DNA of 64,000 nt, from the NCBI GenBank assembly GCA_012295275.1, contig CM022667.1, positions 6,386,001 through 6,450,000 of the forward strand, in the 5' to 3' direction. Shown here in pieces: positions 45,431-58,400 of this stretch; within the stretch, counting starts at the first letter, position 1; each line of letters starts with the position of its first letter. The notes below the pieces were generated by a model that was not told the DNA's origin, made no database searches, and saw nothing but the letters and a program-made list of their open reading frames with translations. Both the position numbers and the translations under genes were made by a program. The stretch is from Chrysomallon squamiferum (taxonomy: Eukaryota; Animalia; Mollusca).

Positions 45431-46146
45431 CTGTGACATTAAAAATAAAAATATTAGTTTTGTTTTATAGTTGTGTTTTGTTGTAGTTTTTTTCTTGTTG
45501 TTGTTGTTATTGTCTGTGTATGTGGGTTTTTTTCAGTTTCCATTAATTGGAAATTACTATAAAAATAAAGTTAGACTTCAAATTTTAAGCAAAACATTTT
45601 TATACAGGACAAATATGAAATGTCCCATTTAAGGTGCATAAGAAAATGTTTGTAGAAGTCACATGTAAAACCTACTAAATAAAACACACAGACATACATC
45701 AATTATTTATTTTTCTGCATGCATTTGCCCATTTCAGAAAAAATAAATAAAAAAATAAATAAAAAAAAGCAACACATTTCTGTATAAATGACAATTCAAG
45801 AAAGAAACCATTTTAAATAACTTGATATATATTTCTAACAATCTCTATATTTAAATATTGCAGTTTTCAAATGAAAGATTTCTTGAACATATTAATTATA
45901 TTTCATACGGTTTTGTAATTATGTACTGGTCTGATGTTATGAAATTAAAGTAGAAACACATCAAACACATAATGTTTGAAGATGGGTTCTAAATAATCAA
46001 TAAGCTTTATCAGAACAAAAGTCTATAGAAAATATAACAATAAAAGAAATTTTGCTGATGTTATCAGAATCATCATTTTTGTTTTAATATAAATTTATTA
46101 CTTAAGTGTACTGATTAAGAATGTTTATATTTGTTTTCTGAAATTC

Positions 46147-46189
<43 letters not shown>

Positions 46190-46710
46190 TAATAAATAAA
46201 AAATGAGAAAGAAATAAAATGGTTAAAGTTTGTGAAATCATATGTGGACTGTCTACTGAGAAAAGAGAAGTGTTCAAATACACCTGTGACCATATTTTTC
46301 TTAAAACATCTGTTATTTATTTTAGGATGGAAGTTAAACATTTCTACAGATCATTACCTGTTTAGAAAGAAATCACTGTTTTCAGATAATAACTTAATAA
46401 AAGTACTTCCAATGTTCCCTGATGTTAATGTTAGTTTTAATAGCACAGATCTGAAAAAATATATTGACAAATTTCTTCAGTGAATTTTAGAAAGGAAATC
46501 TTAAACTAAATGGGACAGTGCTGATTAAGATGATAAATGATGTTTCATAAAGAAAGAATGAAACAGTTTATAAGGCTTGAGATTATGTATTAATTCAATC
46601 CATTACTTTGAAGATGAATTTAACAAATGCAGTCAGATTATATTCAGATATCATGAAATAGGAAACATATTACTAACAACTAAAACAATTATTATTAATG
46701 TCATAATGTT

Positions 46711-46753
<43 letters not shown>

Positions 46754-47580
46754 TTCTTTATTTATTTTATAGAAAACTACATTTCTGGAAAATAACTCTG
46801 ACAATAAAATGGAAATTGTTTTCATCAGTTGTGTTTTTATTCACCTTTAATTTAAAAAAGAGGTATTCCTATTAATTTGTTACTCTTTCAGTTACCAACT
46901 AAATTAATAAACAAAAGGACTGTTGAGAATAATAGAAAACATTGAAGTAAACTGGAAAAGCTGACACAATCAAATACTACAGATCATTTCATAACAGTGT
47001 TATAAATGAATTTGTAACCACTAATCTTTATTTACTGACAACACAGAAACAACCATAAATATGAATTTAATATGTGTGTGTGTCAGGGCTGTGGAGAAAC
47101 ACTGTTGCCAGATGGTACTGTATTTATTGGAAAAGTTGATTTTGATGACATGCAATTAAAATTACCTATGGTTGTCTTTTTCCATATAATTGTAGTTTAA
47201 TTGTGATGTGAGTATAATGAATCATATTTGAAATGCAAGTATTTTTCCTAACCTAAAACACCCTAAAGACATACGTATATATCAAGAAATAGAATTAGGC
47301 CAAAGGAAGAACATAATTATATTAAATAACAAAAATGACAGAAACAGACTGTAATAAAAAACAAACATAAAACTGAGAACAATCCCAAAATGACAAATGA
47401 AACTGATATCTGAATTTTATTTTAAAATTATTTATGTGATTACCACTGCAAAGTCGAAATTGCACGTCATGTACTCCCTGTATATTAAATTAATATATTT
47501 ATGTACTGACAAATACAAAATAAGATTTATGTATTAACATTTTATGACAATAATCAGTTCTACATGTACAAATATCATAC

Positions 47581-47604
47581 ATGTCTGTGATACTGTAGTT
47601 TAAT
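47581..47604 (-). pseudogene. Gene A3 degenerate microexon with in-frame TAA
   Basis: gtcatag|AT TAA ACT ACA GTA TCA CAG ACA T|gtatga; same module context, with a stop in the reading frame. Confidence 0.65.
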
Positions 47605-49866
47605 CTATGACACTGAAAATAAAATTTAAAACGAAAATCTTATTATTATTTTTTATCTGTGTATATAAGTTTTTTCAGTTTCTTGAACTACCATAATTGA
47701 AATTACCATAAAAATAAAGCTAGACTTCAACTTTTAAGCAAAACATGTTTATACAGGACAAATATACAGGATATAAAAAGGCAAAATGCCTATGTAAGGT
47801 GCATATGAAAATGTTTGTAGAAGTTAAAACCTATTAAATAACACATGCACACACACAAAGACACACATACATCAATTATTTTCTGCATGTTTTTGCCATT
47901 TCAGAAAAACAAAAGAAATAATAAAATAAAGCAACAAATAGTTTTATATGTACAATTCAAGAAAAAAACTTGTAAATAAGTTGATCTCTATCTCTAACAT
48001 TTTCTCAATTTTCATATCAAAAATTTCTTGAACAAATGAATTATACTTCACAGCTATAGGAAATTCTGACCTGAACAGGTGTTATGAAATTAACATATCA
48101 AACATATACTGTTTGAAAATGGGTTCTAAATAAGAAACAAGCTTTATCATGTTTATGAGAACAAAAGTCTATCTACATTATAACAATAAAACAAGAATTG
48201 CTGATATTGTGTGAGGTCATTTTTGTTTTAATATAAATTCATTACTTAAAGTGTAATCATTAAAGTATAATATATGACATTTATGTTTCAGAACTTTAGT
48301 CATCAAAATCATAATCATAAAATAAATAAATAAATAAGAAATAAACAGCTAAGATTTGTGAAATCATATGTGACTATGACTACTGACAAAAAAATAGTTT
48401 CATATACAGGTGTGACTGTTATTTTGATGAAACAATGACATTTAGAAAGCAGATGTTGAATTTAACTGAACTGTGAGAATGCTGAATAAACTGATAAATG
48501 AAATGTTTCATAAAGAAATAATTAAAGTAGGAAAGAAAAGGCAAATATGATCAAAAAAGATATTTATGAGGCTTGAGAGTATGTGTTAATCAAATCCATT
48601 ACTCTGAAGATGAATTTAAAACATGCAATCAGATTACAATAAGTTATCCTGAATTGTGAAATATATTACTAACAATTAAAAGAATATTTATTGAAATTAT
48701 AATGGTATTTTATGTTACAAAATGTTAATATTTCAAAAAAATAAATTAATAGATTCTGATTGTAAAATCAAAATTATTTTCTTCAAATGTGTTTTACTTG
48801 GCTTAGATTAAGAAAATGGATTTCTATTATTATGTTACTGTTTCACTTATCAGCAAAAATAATAAGAGAAAGGACTATTGAGAATAATAGCAAACATGGA
48901 AGTAAACTGGAAAAGCAGTTAATTTGAAATGCAAGTATTTTACACTGTGCTGAATGTTAATAAAGAGTTAACTTTATTTAGTTTTACTGACCTATCTTTT
49001 CTGTGTAAGAATATTTGAAACAACTGTTAACTGCTGATTAAACTGATAACAAGTTCAGTTCACTGGATGGGATTGTGTTTGTAATACAAATTTTATTTAG
49101 GTTTTTTACCCATAGTGATGAAATCATCTGATCTGAATAAAGAAATAACCTACCAGACTTAAGTGTTGTTGTTGAACCTAAGATATTTATAGATTAATGA
49201 AAAAAAAAAATAATAATAATAATAATTGTGATGTAGAGTTTAAATAAAGGTAATATGAAATAACATTATGTTTAATAAAAACACAGATATGTTAACTTCA
49301 AACAATCGAATTATGATAAATGTTTAAAGTTCATGATGATTAATTTTATTGTAGAAAATATATGGATTTCATGTATGTGATTAGCATAATATATTTGTTC
49401 TCCCTAAAAGTTAAAATGGAAATAAAATAAATTTATAAATAAATATGAAAAAAAAAGAGAAAAAAAAGAATATGTTACTAATAATATATATATTTTTAAA
49501 AACTGAGTGATAATATAATGTTTCTTTGTTATTATTCTTGCCACACAATTAACCAAAAATAAATGCATGATGTATCTTTGTTTTGAAATCAGAGCTATCA
49601 GCAAATCAATTCAAAATCATGCTACTTTGCCATACAAAACACAAGTAAGAGGATAAGTGATTATTTATATTTTTGTAATATTTTTATTTAAAAAGTTACT
49701 GGAGTAAATTCAATTTTGATAGTAATATCTCTTCTCTGTGTCAAAGTAGACTTGGCTTCTGTTATCACATTGAGCAAATATTGGAAAATTCTTACTATGC
49801 ATTTGTATCAGTATATAATCACTCAAGTTGTTTAAATCAATAAATCAAAGTGTTAAGAGAACTTAC

Positions 49867-50208
49867 TTTCAAATGACAATGTGATATTGTTACTATCTGT
49901 TTTATTATTCTGCAGTGAACACCACCAAACAGTGAGATCTTCACTTTTAACTTCACTTATCTTCAAAGTGTAAGTCTTAGTCTGTGACGCTGTGTTGTCC
50001 GTTCCACTTCCACAGTTAGCATTGTAACCAGTTGGTGGAGGATTAAAAACAGAACAATCTGTAGTAGTCTGATGTATTGTAGTAACAGAGACTTTTGCAG
50101 TTTGCCTCATAAACAAAACAAGATCATTAAGACCAGCAGCGTTATTTGCAGTACAGGTCAAAGTGTAGGAAGGATAATTCTGAGAGCCAGACATTACTAG
50201 AGTGTAAC
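49867..50208 (-). CDS. Gene A3 exon 2: four-Cys V-type Ig domain
   Basis: 342 nt, ctcatag|GT...A|gtaagt. SYTLTCTA...VLFMRQ...DCSV...ANCGSG...YTLKISEVKSEDLTVWWCSL; same length and phase as the A2 exon. Confidence 0.92.
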
Positions 50209-50597
50209 CTATGAGAGAAAAAAAACAACAAAAAAACACACATTAATAATGAATTACATACATCTGAAAACTAATTACTCTGTTGATATTAACTTTTTTA
50301 ATGTTTGTTAACATGTCAGAAGATTCACCTTTGTTTATGAAAGGTGCAAGTGTTATCAATGCCTGTGATCCTTAGTTATTTGCTGGGCACTAACTAAGAC
50401 AAACTTCTATTTTTAACTCTGCCATTTTTACCAGAATGTATATAAGCCTGTCTGTGCATATTTTATTGAGAGTGACAATTACCAAACTGAATGGAGCTTG
50501 TTCACACTTACATTGTTTCCATGTTCTTGCCAGTTAGAGCAAATATATTCATAGTGTTAAAAGTAATTAAATGGGAGCCCTTATTGACATGATCGAA

Positions 50598-53124
50598 ATT
50601 GAAAGCAGAGCTGGCAGCCAAATCTGCCTTTTCATTACATTATGGATTTTGGGAAATCTGGATCAAATCTGGATATGGGTCATTCCATGTCAAACCCCCC
50701 CCCCCAAAAAAAAACCCACAAAAAAACAATATTTATACCTTACCATCGTGGATTTTTATGAAACTTGGCACACTTGTTGACTGGGATGCCACAGCACCAA
50801 ATCTGAATTTTTTTTTCAGTTTGGGGGTCACTGACCTTTTGACGTTTTAAAAAATGCACATCCACAAAAAGAACACCTTTTGTGCCAATAACAACTCATT
50901 AACTAAAACCTGAATGATCAATTCTGGATGCTAGGAATCACCATCTCTCTTGATCACCGAGTAAGACATTGTAGGCCTACATGTATGCATAAAGTTCACA
51001 TAAATTTGAGAGAACTAGGTGTTTCTGATGCTTAACCTTCTCACCATCCTTGTTTCAAATGCTCACTGTATCCTTCATTCCCGTACACATTCTACTGTTG
51101 TCGTCACTTTCACTATTTCCTCCTTCAATTCATTTGAAAGAACTTTCCCTTGTTTTTTATCACAGAGGGATAGAATCCCTTTCTCTTTCTTCACAGCACG
51201 GCTTTTTTTCACAAGGTAATTCGTTGTTTCAGATTCATTCATTGTCCTATCAATGATAAAGGGTGACAAAGTCAAGATTTGCACATTCTCAGGGTAGGAT
51301 TCAGACTTGTCGAATTTCTCTTGTAACTCCTCCAACATGTTCCTGAATAAATGAAGATCCGATTTTTCTGATGAGTCAAGGTCACTTTCAGGAGAATGAA
51401 GCAGAATATCATAGACTGTTTCAAGATGTCATTTTAATGTTACTGTAGCTATTGCTAGTTTTTTCTCTCCTTTCATTCGTTTACTTGAACATGCTAGTGA
51501 ATGGAGTTTAACAGGAGTTTCGCCTAAACTCGACAGGGTAGAATTCAAATCAAAGTCCTTTTCTGGGGAAACAACAAACCGGTGGTTTGTCTGGCAAGTT
51601 ATCATCAAATTCTCCCATAGTAATACCACCCATACTAAAGCCATCCTCTGCAGGGGTTTGGACCTTTGATTTCTGAAAGCTAATCAGACAGTCACAGCAC
51701 AATTTGTCTCCTGGTACTAGTGTCTTTGGATTTACTAAGCATTTGTAAGTGCCCATGCTAACAATTCTTAAAGATCTAGTTCGTGCTTGCTTAGGATGGC
51801 AATTAAGGGGATCACAACACTTTTTCCACAATGTTGAAAATTTGATTAAAAAGTCTTGTACACGATGTGAACAGATACTCTTGATGTCCCGTGTTTTGAT
51901 CCCACTTCGAAGAGTGAGGAGTTCGACTTCCTCAGTTTTCCATACACTTCGCAACAACTCCTTTTTGGTATGATAGTGTTGATAACAAACATTTTCAGGA
52001 GAGTAAAAGCTGCAGTTAGTCCTGGAAGAAATACAGATTTTCAATATTGCCTGCACCTTCAATTCAACAGAACAAAGTCAGTGCTCTCCTGAATATCAAA
52101 CCAAACCCTGAAACCCTTTCAGTAAAGTTAAACAGGTCATAAAATGGCAGACTGGGTTGTACTGTTGTTTACTGAAACCTTGTTCAAAACCATTGGCAAG
52201 GCCACATGACATGATAAAATGACTTAATAGGTTTTATGAAGAAAACTTAATATTAACATATCAACATCTACCATTGTGTCCAACTTGAAAACTTCAGATT
52301 GTCAAAGAAATGCAGATGAAGAAATTTCTTTGTCTTAAACTTCTAATTGCAATGTGCTCAATGGGGATTTCACCAGGGGATTTCAAGGAGTTCCTGACAT
52401 GCCTGTTAACCCTTTGAGACTGATTGTGTAGAATATGTCATGCCATTTGGCATCTTTTCATATCCTTCAGACACGTCAGGTGGGTTTTAACTCCAAAGAT
52501 AAGTTTTTGGTCCCAGAGAAGTGTATACATGTAGAAAATGTACATTGTAATGCATTGTATCAATCATCCATGCAAGTATGCATTTTTTAAATCTATATTG
52601 TGGCTAAACAAAGAATATTACACCCAGGAAACTTTTATATCTTTTAGTTAACATGTGGGAGATTAAATTTCACTAAAGGTCATCTCAAGGTCACGCGGTC
52701 AATTTCAAGGTCATAACAAAGGTCAAAATTCCAGTTAACCCATATTGCCTTTTCAATAATACCAATTTTATGAAGATTGGCCTAGTAGTTCCTGAGATAT
52801 AAGGGTTCAAAGTTTGGTGGTCATGCCCATTTTTGCCAAAAATCTCAAAATTCAGGGGCCCATATATCCCACACCACTGGTCCAATAAGCCTAAAATTTC
52901 AGATTTGGTCCTGTGGGATCCCAGTCAACAAGTAAAAATCTGAGATGGTCGGATTTAAAAAAATGTTTGGGAGGGGGGGTGTTTTGACGTGGAATGACCC
53001 GTATCCAGATTTGATCCAGATTTCCCAAAATCTATAATGTAATGAAAAGGCAGATTTGGCTGCCAGCTCTGCTTTGAATTTGGATTGGGTTTAACCCTTT
53101 GGGTGATTTGACATGGAATGACCC
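50598..53124 (-). mobile_element. Internally deleted Sola-like (probably Sola2) DNA transposon with transposase N-terminal remnants
   Basis: GGGTCATTCC termini at 50677, and inverted ending at 53000 and 53124. Minus-strand ORFs 52062-51075 carry CCDPLNCH, KLCCDC and VQILTLSP...YLVKKSRAVKKEKGIL...GKVLS motifs; the catalytic core is absent. The superfamily call is from recalled motifs. Confidence 0.7.
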
Positions 53125-53139
53125 ATAAGTCTTAAAATT

Positions 53140-53310
53140 TGAACTTACTGCCATTTCCCTCTTGAATTCTTACCTCTCTGCACTGTTCTTACTCCAACCA
53201 TACGATCTCAGCAACCCTCTCTCAACCCACTTTCCATCAAAGTAAGAGTAAATTTTACTGTTGCACCTATAATCATCCTAACAAACTACTCAACCTAGCC
53301 TAAATTTTAC
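53140..53310. repeat. ~165-bp segment with inverted copy at ~61745-61907
   Basis: gaacttactgccatttcc...cagcaaccctctctcaacccacttt...gtaagagtaaattttactgtt is reverse-complemented at 61785-61907. Confidence 0.85.
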
Positions 53311-55439
53311 TACTATAAATTTTAACATTTGTTTACATTGTTTTTCATGTCTGTGAAGTTCTTACATTACTATATTACTCTAATATATAGCTCTTTGTGT
53401 ACTAAAGTTTAATGTTTCAGTAAACTTTAGGGTTATATTTACCATTTTTCAGACCCTGTTAGTCTGTGAAACTGAAGGTCAATTACTATTTTCTTTTCTG
53501 AAAATAAATTGACATTTTCTCATGTCATCATTCCAAATGAGCGCTTTACTGTGCAAAACCTAGTACGAGTGCCCCAACATATCAGTTTCCCAAGATACAA
53601 GCAGTTGTGTGATCAATTTTTTGCTTTGAGTTGCGAGCCAATATCCAAGTTACGAGCGAGCTTCAGCTTGTTAGTTGGCGCAATGAAAAACAACATCTGG
53701 CCAGCTTCCCACGTCTCACTTGTTTATTTCACTTGGTTGTGCATATGTTATGTGCAGTATTTTGGGCTGGAGGCTTAATGGTATTTCAATTAATTCGAGT
53801 TGGGAAAATTAATTTCATATACAAGTAGATTTGATTTATGAGTTAGGTCACGGAAAGAATTAAACTCATAAGTCAAGACACCACAGTATCTGAAAATGAC
53901 CCTGCAAAAATAATTTGGAAGCATTTGGACATTTTGGGTGTTGACTTTTTTGACTTTCTAATTCAATGAGAATTAAAAAAAGTCAGAAATTCTCTCAACA
54001 AACAGAAGAGATCTGAACTGTATGACAGCTGATAGTAACATATTTAATCAAATGAAGAATATAACAGATAAAAAAGAAAGCAAAATGTTTAAATATTTAA
54101 ATTGTGGTGTGAAGGACATATCCTATAATGCATTTAATTACTGACTAGTTAATCAACCTATTTATTTCAATAATAGTTCAGTTTATAGTGTCAGATGTTG
54201 TACTGAATATTTTATAACAATTAAATGTTTTGGTGCATGTGGCAATACAAAATTCTTGTATTCTTTGTTCGTTTTCACTTCATTAAGTATTTCCTTCTCT
54301 TCATCAGCTATGACACACATGCTTATACTGACCAATGTAAGTAATAATTTAAAAATAGCAAAAAACAAAACTAATAATAATAATTATAATAATAATAAAT
54401 TACATTGTTTTAAAAGGAATTTTTATTATTTCTAATGTAAGTAAATAAAACATAAATAAAGACATTTTGAAAAGAGACATGCTTTTCTACTTTGGATATC
54501 AATTTCGTGATTGTTTTGATTTGATTTATTTTGTAAAATAATTTTCTTTTATACTACATTAAAATGTATAAATGCATTAAATACCAGGAGAGCACAAGAA
54601 AGTGAAAACACTGATTTCCATTATGTTCTTAATATTTAATTCAATGTGTCTGTTGGCATTTCACCAAAGTTGAAGATGATTACAAGAAATCTTTTAACTT
54701 CAGTAATTTCATGAAATGATTCCTATCAGTCAACAGTGCACAATTTGAATTCAGGCAGCTATATTTATGCTTGTAAACCCAAGATGCAGTTTTCAAAATC
54801 AATGCTGCTCTGTTATAACATAAGGAATTTTGTTACAATAAACTGATAATTTCAAAAGATTCTGTTGGAAATTCACTGAAATCTATGCAAAAAGAGTAGA
54901 GAAAAAAATAATAATAATAATAATAATAAAAACTAAGAAAATCAATATTAACATTTGACAATATTATTGTCCAGTTATTTTTGTTGTTTACAGAGCCTTC
55001 AGAGGTGATCTTTTCTACATCTTAGACATTTCCCAAAAGTAACTTTATGTTTTAATATCCAGTCTTGTGTAAATATGTCTGAAACAGCTAATCAAATTTA
55101 ATAAACATTGGTGATACTGACAGATAAGCAAAGAAGATCAGTTTGTATTCAATCACATAACACATTTTTGACAATCATTGTTGCTTATTCAACACTGTTT
55201 CAGCTGACAGTTTTCGGATAGTGTGGTGTCCTAATGCAAGTCTGTTCAAGCTTTGGCAAACAGGCCCAAGTTTTTAAAAAATAGTCACTAATGGACTTTT
55301 TTTCCAGCGTTTTGTTTTTTTTCTTTGGTGATTTATTTTCCTGTGATTTGTTTTCATTTCCCAAATGCATATGCCCTACCAGAACTCACATCCAAATACC
55401 TGAGAACACAGTAGAAATATAAAACCAGCTAATGGTAGT

Positions 55440-58400
55440 ATGAACCAATGACTTTTTTAAAATTAAAATAGGAGACTCATTATTTGCATATATAATAGTA
55501 CATGTTTTAGAGATTGAGAGCTTTTTGTTTCAACGAAAAAGAATGAAAAATAAATTTTTAACAAATTTGTTTATATGACCAGTTGACGGAACGTTCAAAT
55601 ATTTTTTCAAATTTCTGTTTTAAAACTGAAACCAAGGCACTATAATGAATTTATCAGGGAAATCTTCCAAATATCAGGTCATTAATATCATTCTTAGACG
55701 CAGGATGACCTATAATGCATTGAAAATGGAAAGTAAATAATAGAAAACAGAATTATACTGTTTTTGAAGACAATCTTTTATAGGATTATATATGTGAAAT
55801 TCCACCATCTTCAGCATAACAGCATATTTACATCTACATCTTTGTGAAACTGGTTCTTTTTCTTTTCTTTTGTGGGGTAATGTCTTCTGGCTCATTACCT
55901 CTGAAATCAGTAGAATAAACAAACTCTTCTATGCAAATGTATGGTTCAGACTTTAAAATAACAATTTCTGTGTTACATTTTAACAGCAATTATGCTTCTC
56001 TGTCTCAACAGATTTCATAAAAAATTCAACATGCAGATTACATTTGTATAAACAACATTTTAGCAATAAAATGAAGTCATTGTGACATACTAAAACCATT
56101 TCACTTCTAAATGATGTATCTATATATTTGTTACTGTTTATTAAGTCTACTAGAAAAAAACTGATACGTGTTTGAAACAAATTCCATTAACACTTAACTG
56201 CATTGTAACATTATCTGATGCAAGGAGTTTGTGAACAATATTACAGTGAACAAGGCATAAAACTGGGACAGAACCTGAGAAAATGCAGCTTACAACATTT
56301 GTGTGCACTGTTACCCCAGATGACTTTGTGCAAGTGTGCAATCTGATCATGGTTTATAGAGTCAATCACTTTGATAGGGTTTCTGTAGTGAGTGAATCTA
56401 TTAAAATCTATTAAAATGAGTATATTATTATGATCTTCAAATGTTCGTAACATCTCTTTTCTCAGTCAGCAGATCAAACATATCTCAACAGTTCATTTCT
56501 TGTATTGACATATAAGCATTTTCATACACAAAGTATTAAAAACAACAGAACCAAATTCACTTATTTTTGTATGACACAGATGTAACATGTTATTGCGCAT
56601 ACTTAAAATTCTGAAATACTTGTGTTACTTATTGTGCCATATGTGTTTGAACTTTGATAAAATAAAAAAATGTTGAACAAAACAGAATGTTAGTATCAAA
56701 TTAAAATATTATTTAACAGTATCAAACAAAAATATCCCAATTTCTGTTTCACAATTCAAGAAAACATTTAGGTTACATACATCAGTAGGAGTGTTATTCA
56801 TATTTATCAAAATTATGTTGTAGCGGACTGTCATGATATTGGAATATTTGTCTTCAATCACCTGTGAACAGTAAATGTTAAAGCATACATTTTCACATTT
56901 GCTACCTTCAGCTCTTATTTCTAAATCTCCAGCATCATAGTCTTCAGCCAACTGGTAAAATCACTGCTGGATCGTTTTCATATGTGATATTATACCAGTG
57001 TGAATATCCAGGTACAGTAGACAGCACCCAACCAATATATGCCACCCTGGTATCTTCATTCATTTGGAAATGTCTAACTTTTTTCCTTATGAACAATGAA
57101 GCACTGAGACTGTCATCTGATAGACTTGTAAATGAACATGTAATTAATGTTTTGATATTATAAACTAATTTCTCAATACTGTATTGTTCCCCTACTTCTG
57201 ACACCTGAAATAATTTGTTGTCTGCTTTTTGGCCTAGTACATTTTTTCTGAATAACAGCTGTAATTTAAGAGCTTTTCTCTTTTCTGTAAAAGAAGGAAT
57301 ATCCTTCAGACATTGATCTACTGTTTCGGGATACTGCCATAAAGTATAATATAGAATGTCATTTATGAAATTTCCTTCTATTTCAATTGGTCCTTTTCTT
57401 TCTTTTCTGTAACCCTTCGTTTTACTTGTAACAATTCTCTATGTTTTCTTCTATATCCTTCAGTCTCATATTGTACATTTGGCTACAGTTTCTTCCTTCT
57501 TTCCGTGACATGTCCAAGTAAATATCCCTTTTTCCAGGAGAAAGAGTTCAGCCATTCTCTAGTTTTATTAAGTGAAAACATTATGTAACATTCATTACAT
57601 AATGTTGATGCAACAGGTCTGAAAGGTGTTAATGCATACAAAAGTACAAATACTCTCTCTGGGAACTGATAGAGTTTCCATGGCTAATGCTGTGTCACTG
57701 TCAACATCTTCAAAACAACTGCCTGGCAGATCTTTGGTTGCTTTATTAAGCAATGTGTATCAGGAGTCAAAAATTTGTTGCAATATGGGACAAGTTTCAC
57801 CATCAAAATTGTCTTGTTGCATAAGTCATTTATATAGTTATATTTGTCATCTGTTTTCATTATGTCTGGAAAAGTTACTCCACATAGTACATCTGAACAA
57901 TCTCTTCGTGCAGTATCAAGGAATTTGTGTAGGTGCTGATATATTTTGTTTCCATTGAGCAGCGAGCAATTCTTACTTTCTACAGCTCTCCAAAATGGTG
58001 CTGTCACTACTTTAGAACAAAGTCCTAAAGCTTTTATGATGACCAGATATTTTGTTTCATTTATGTCATACAACAGTACCTTTTGGTGTTTGTTTGTTGG
58101 CTTGTTCACTTTATCAAAAAGTTCCTTAATGTCATCCGACAAATAGAAGATTATTTCAGTATTATAAAATAAATTATTAAATCTATTGCCTCTGAATGCT
58201 GCAAGTAAATGAGACAATTGTTTTGATGTTTTACAGTATTTATCCAGCAGAAATGTTTTGAAATCAACATAACATCCATTTTTTTCATCTCCTCCTCTTC
58301 CTAAACATTTGCTTGCTGTTCTGACTAGTCTGACTGACCCACTTACTTCTTTTGTACAGAAATGACAAGTCTCTACATAAACACCCATTGATCCCTCTTT

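Noticed and set aside
46358-46450. Possible extra A3 exon on the minus strand (ttttcag...CAG|gtaatg)
   Set aside because: Open only in phase 2, incompatible with the phase-1 exons, and has no counterpart in A2.
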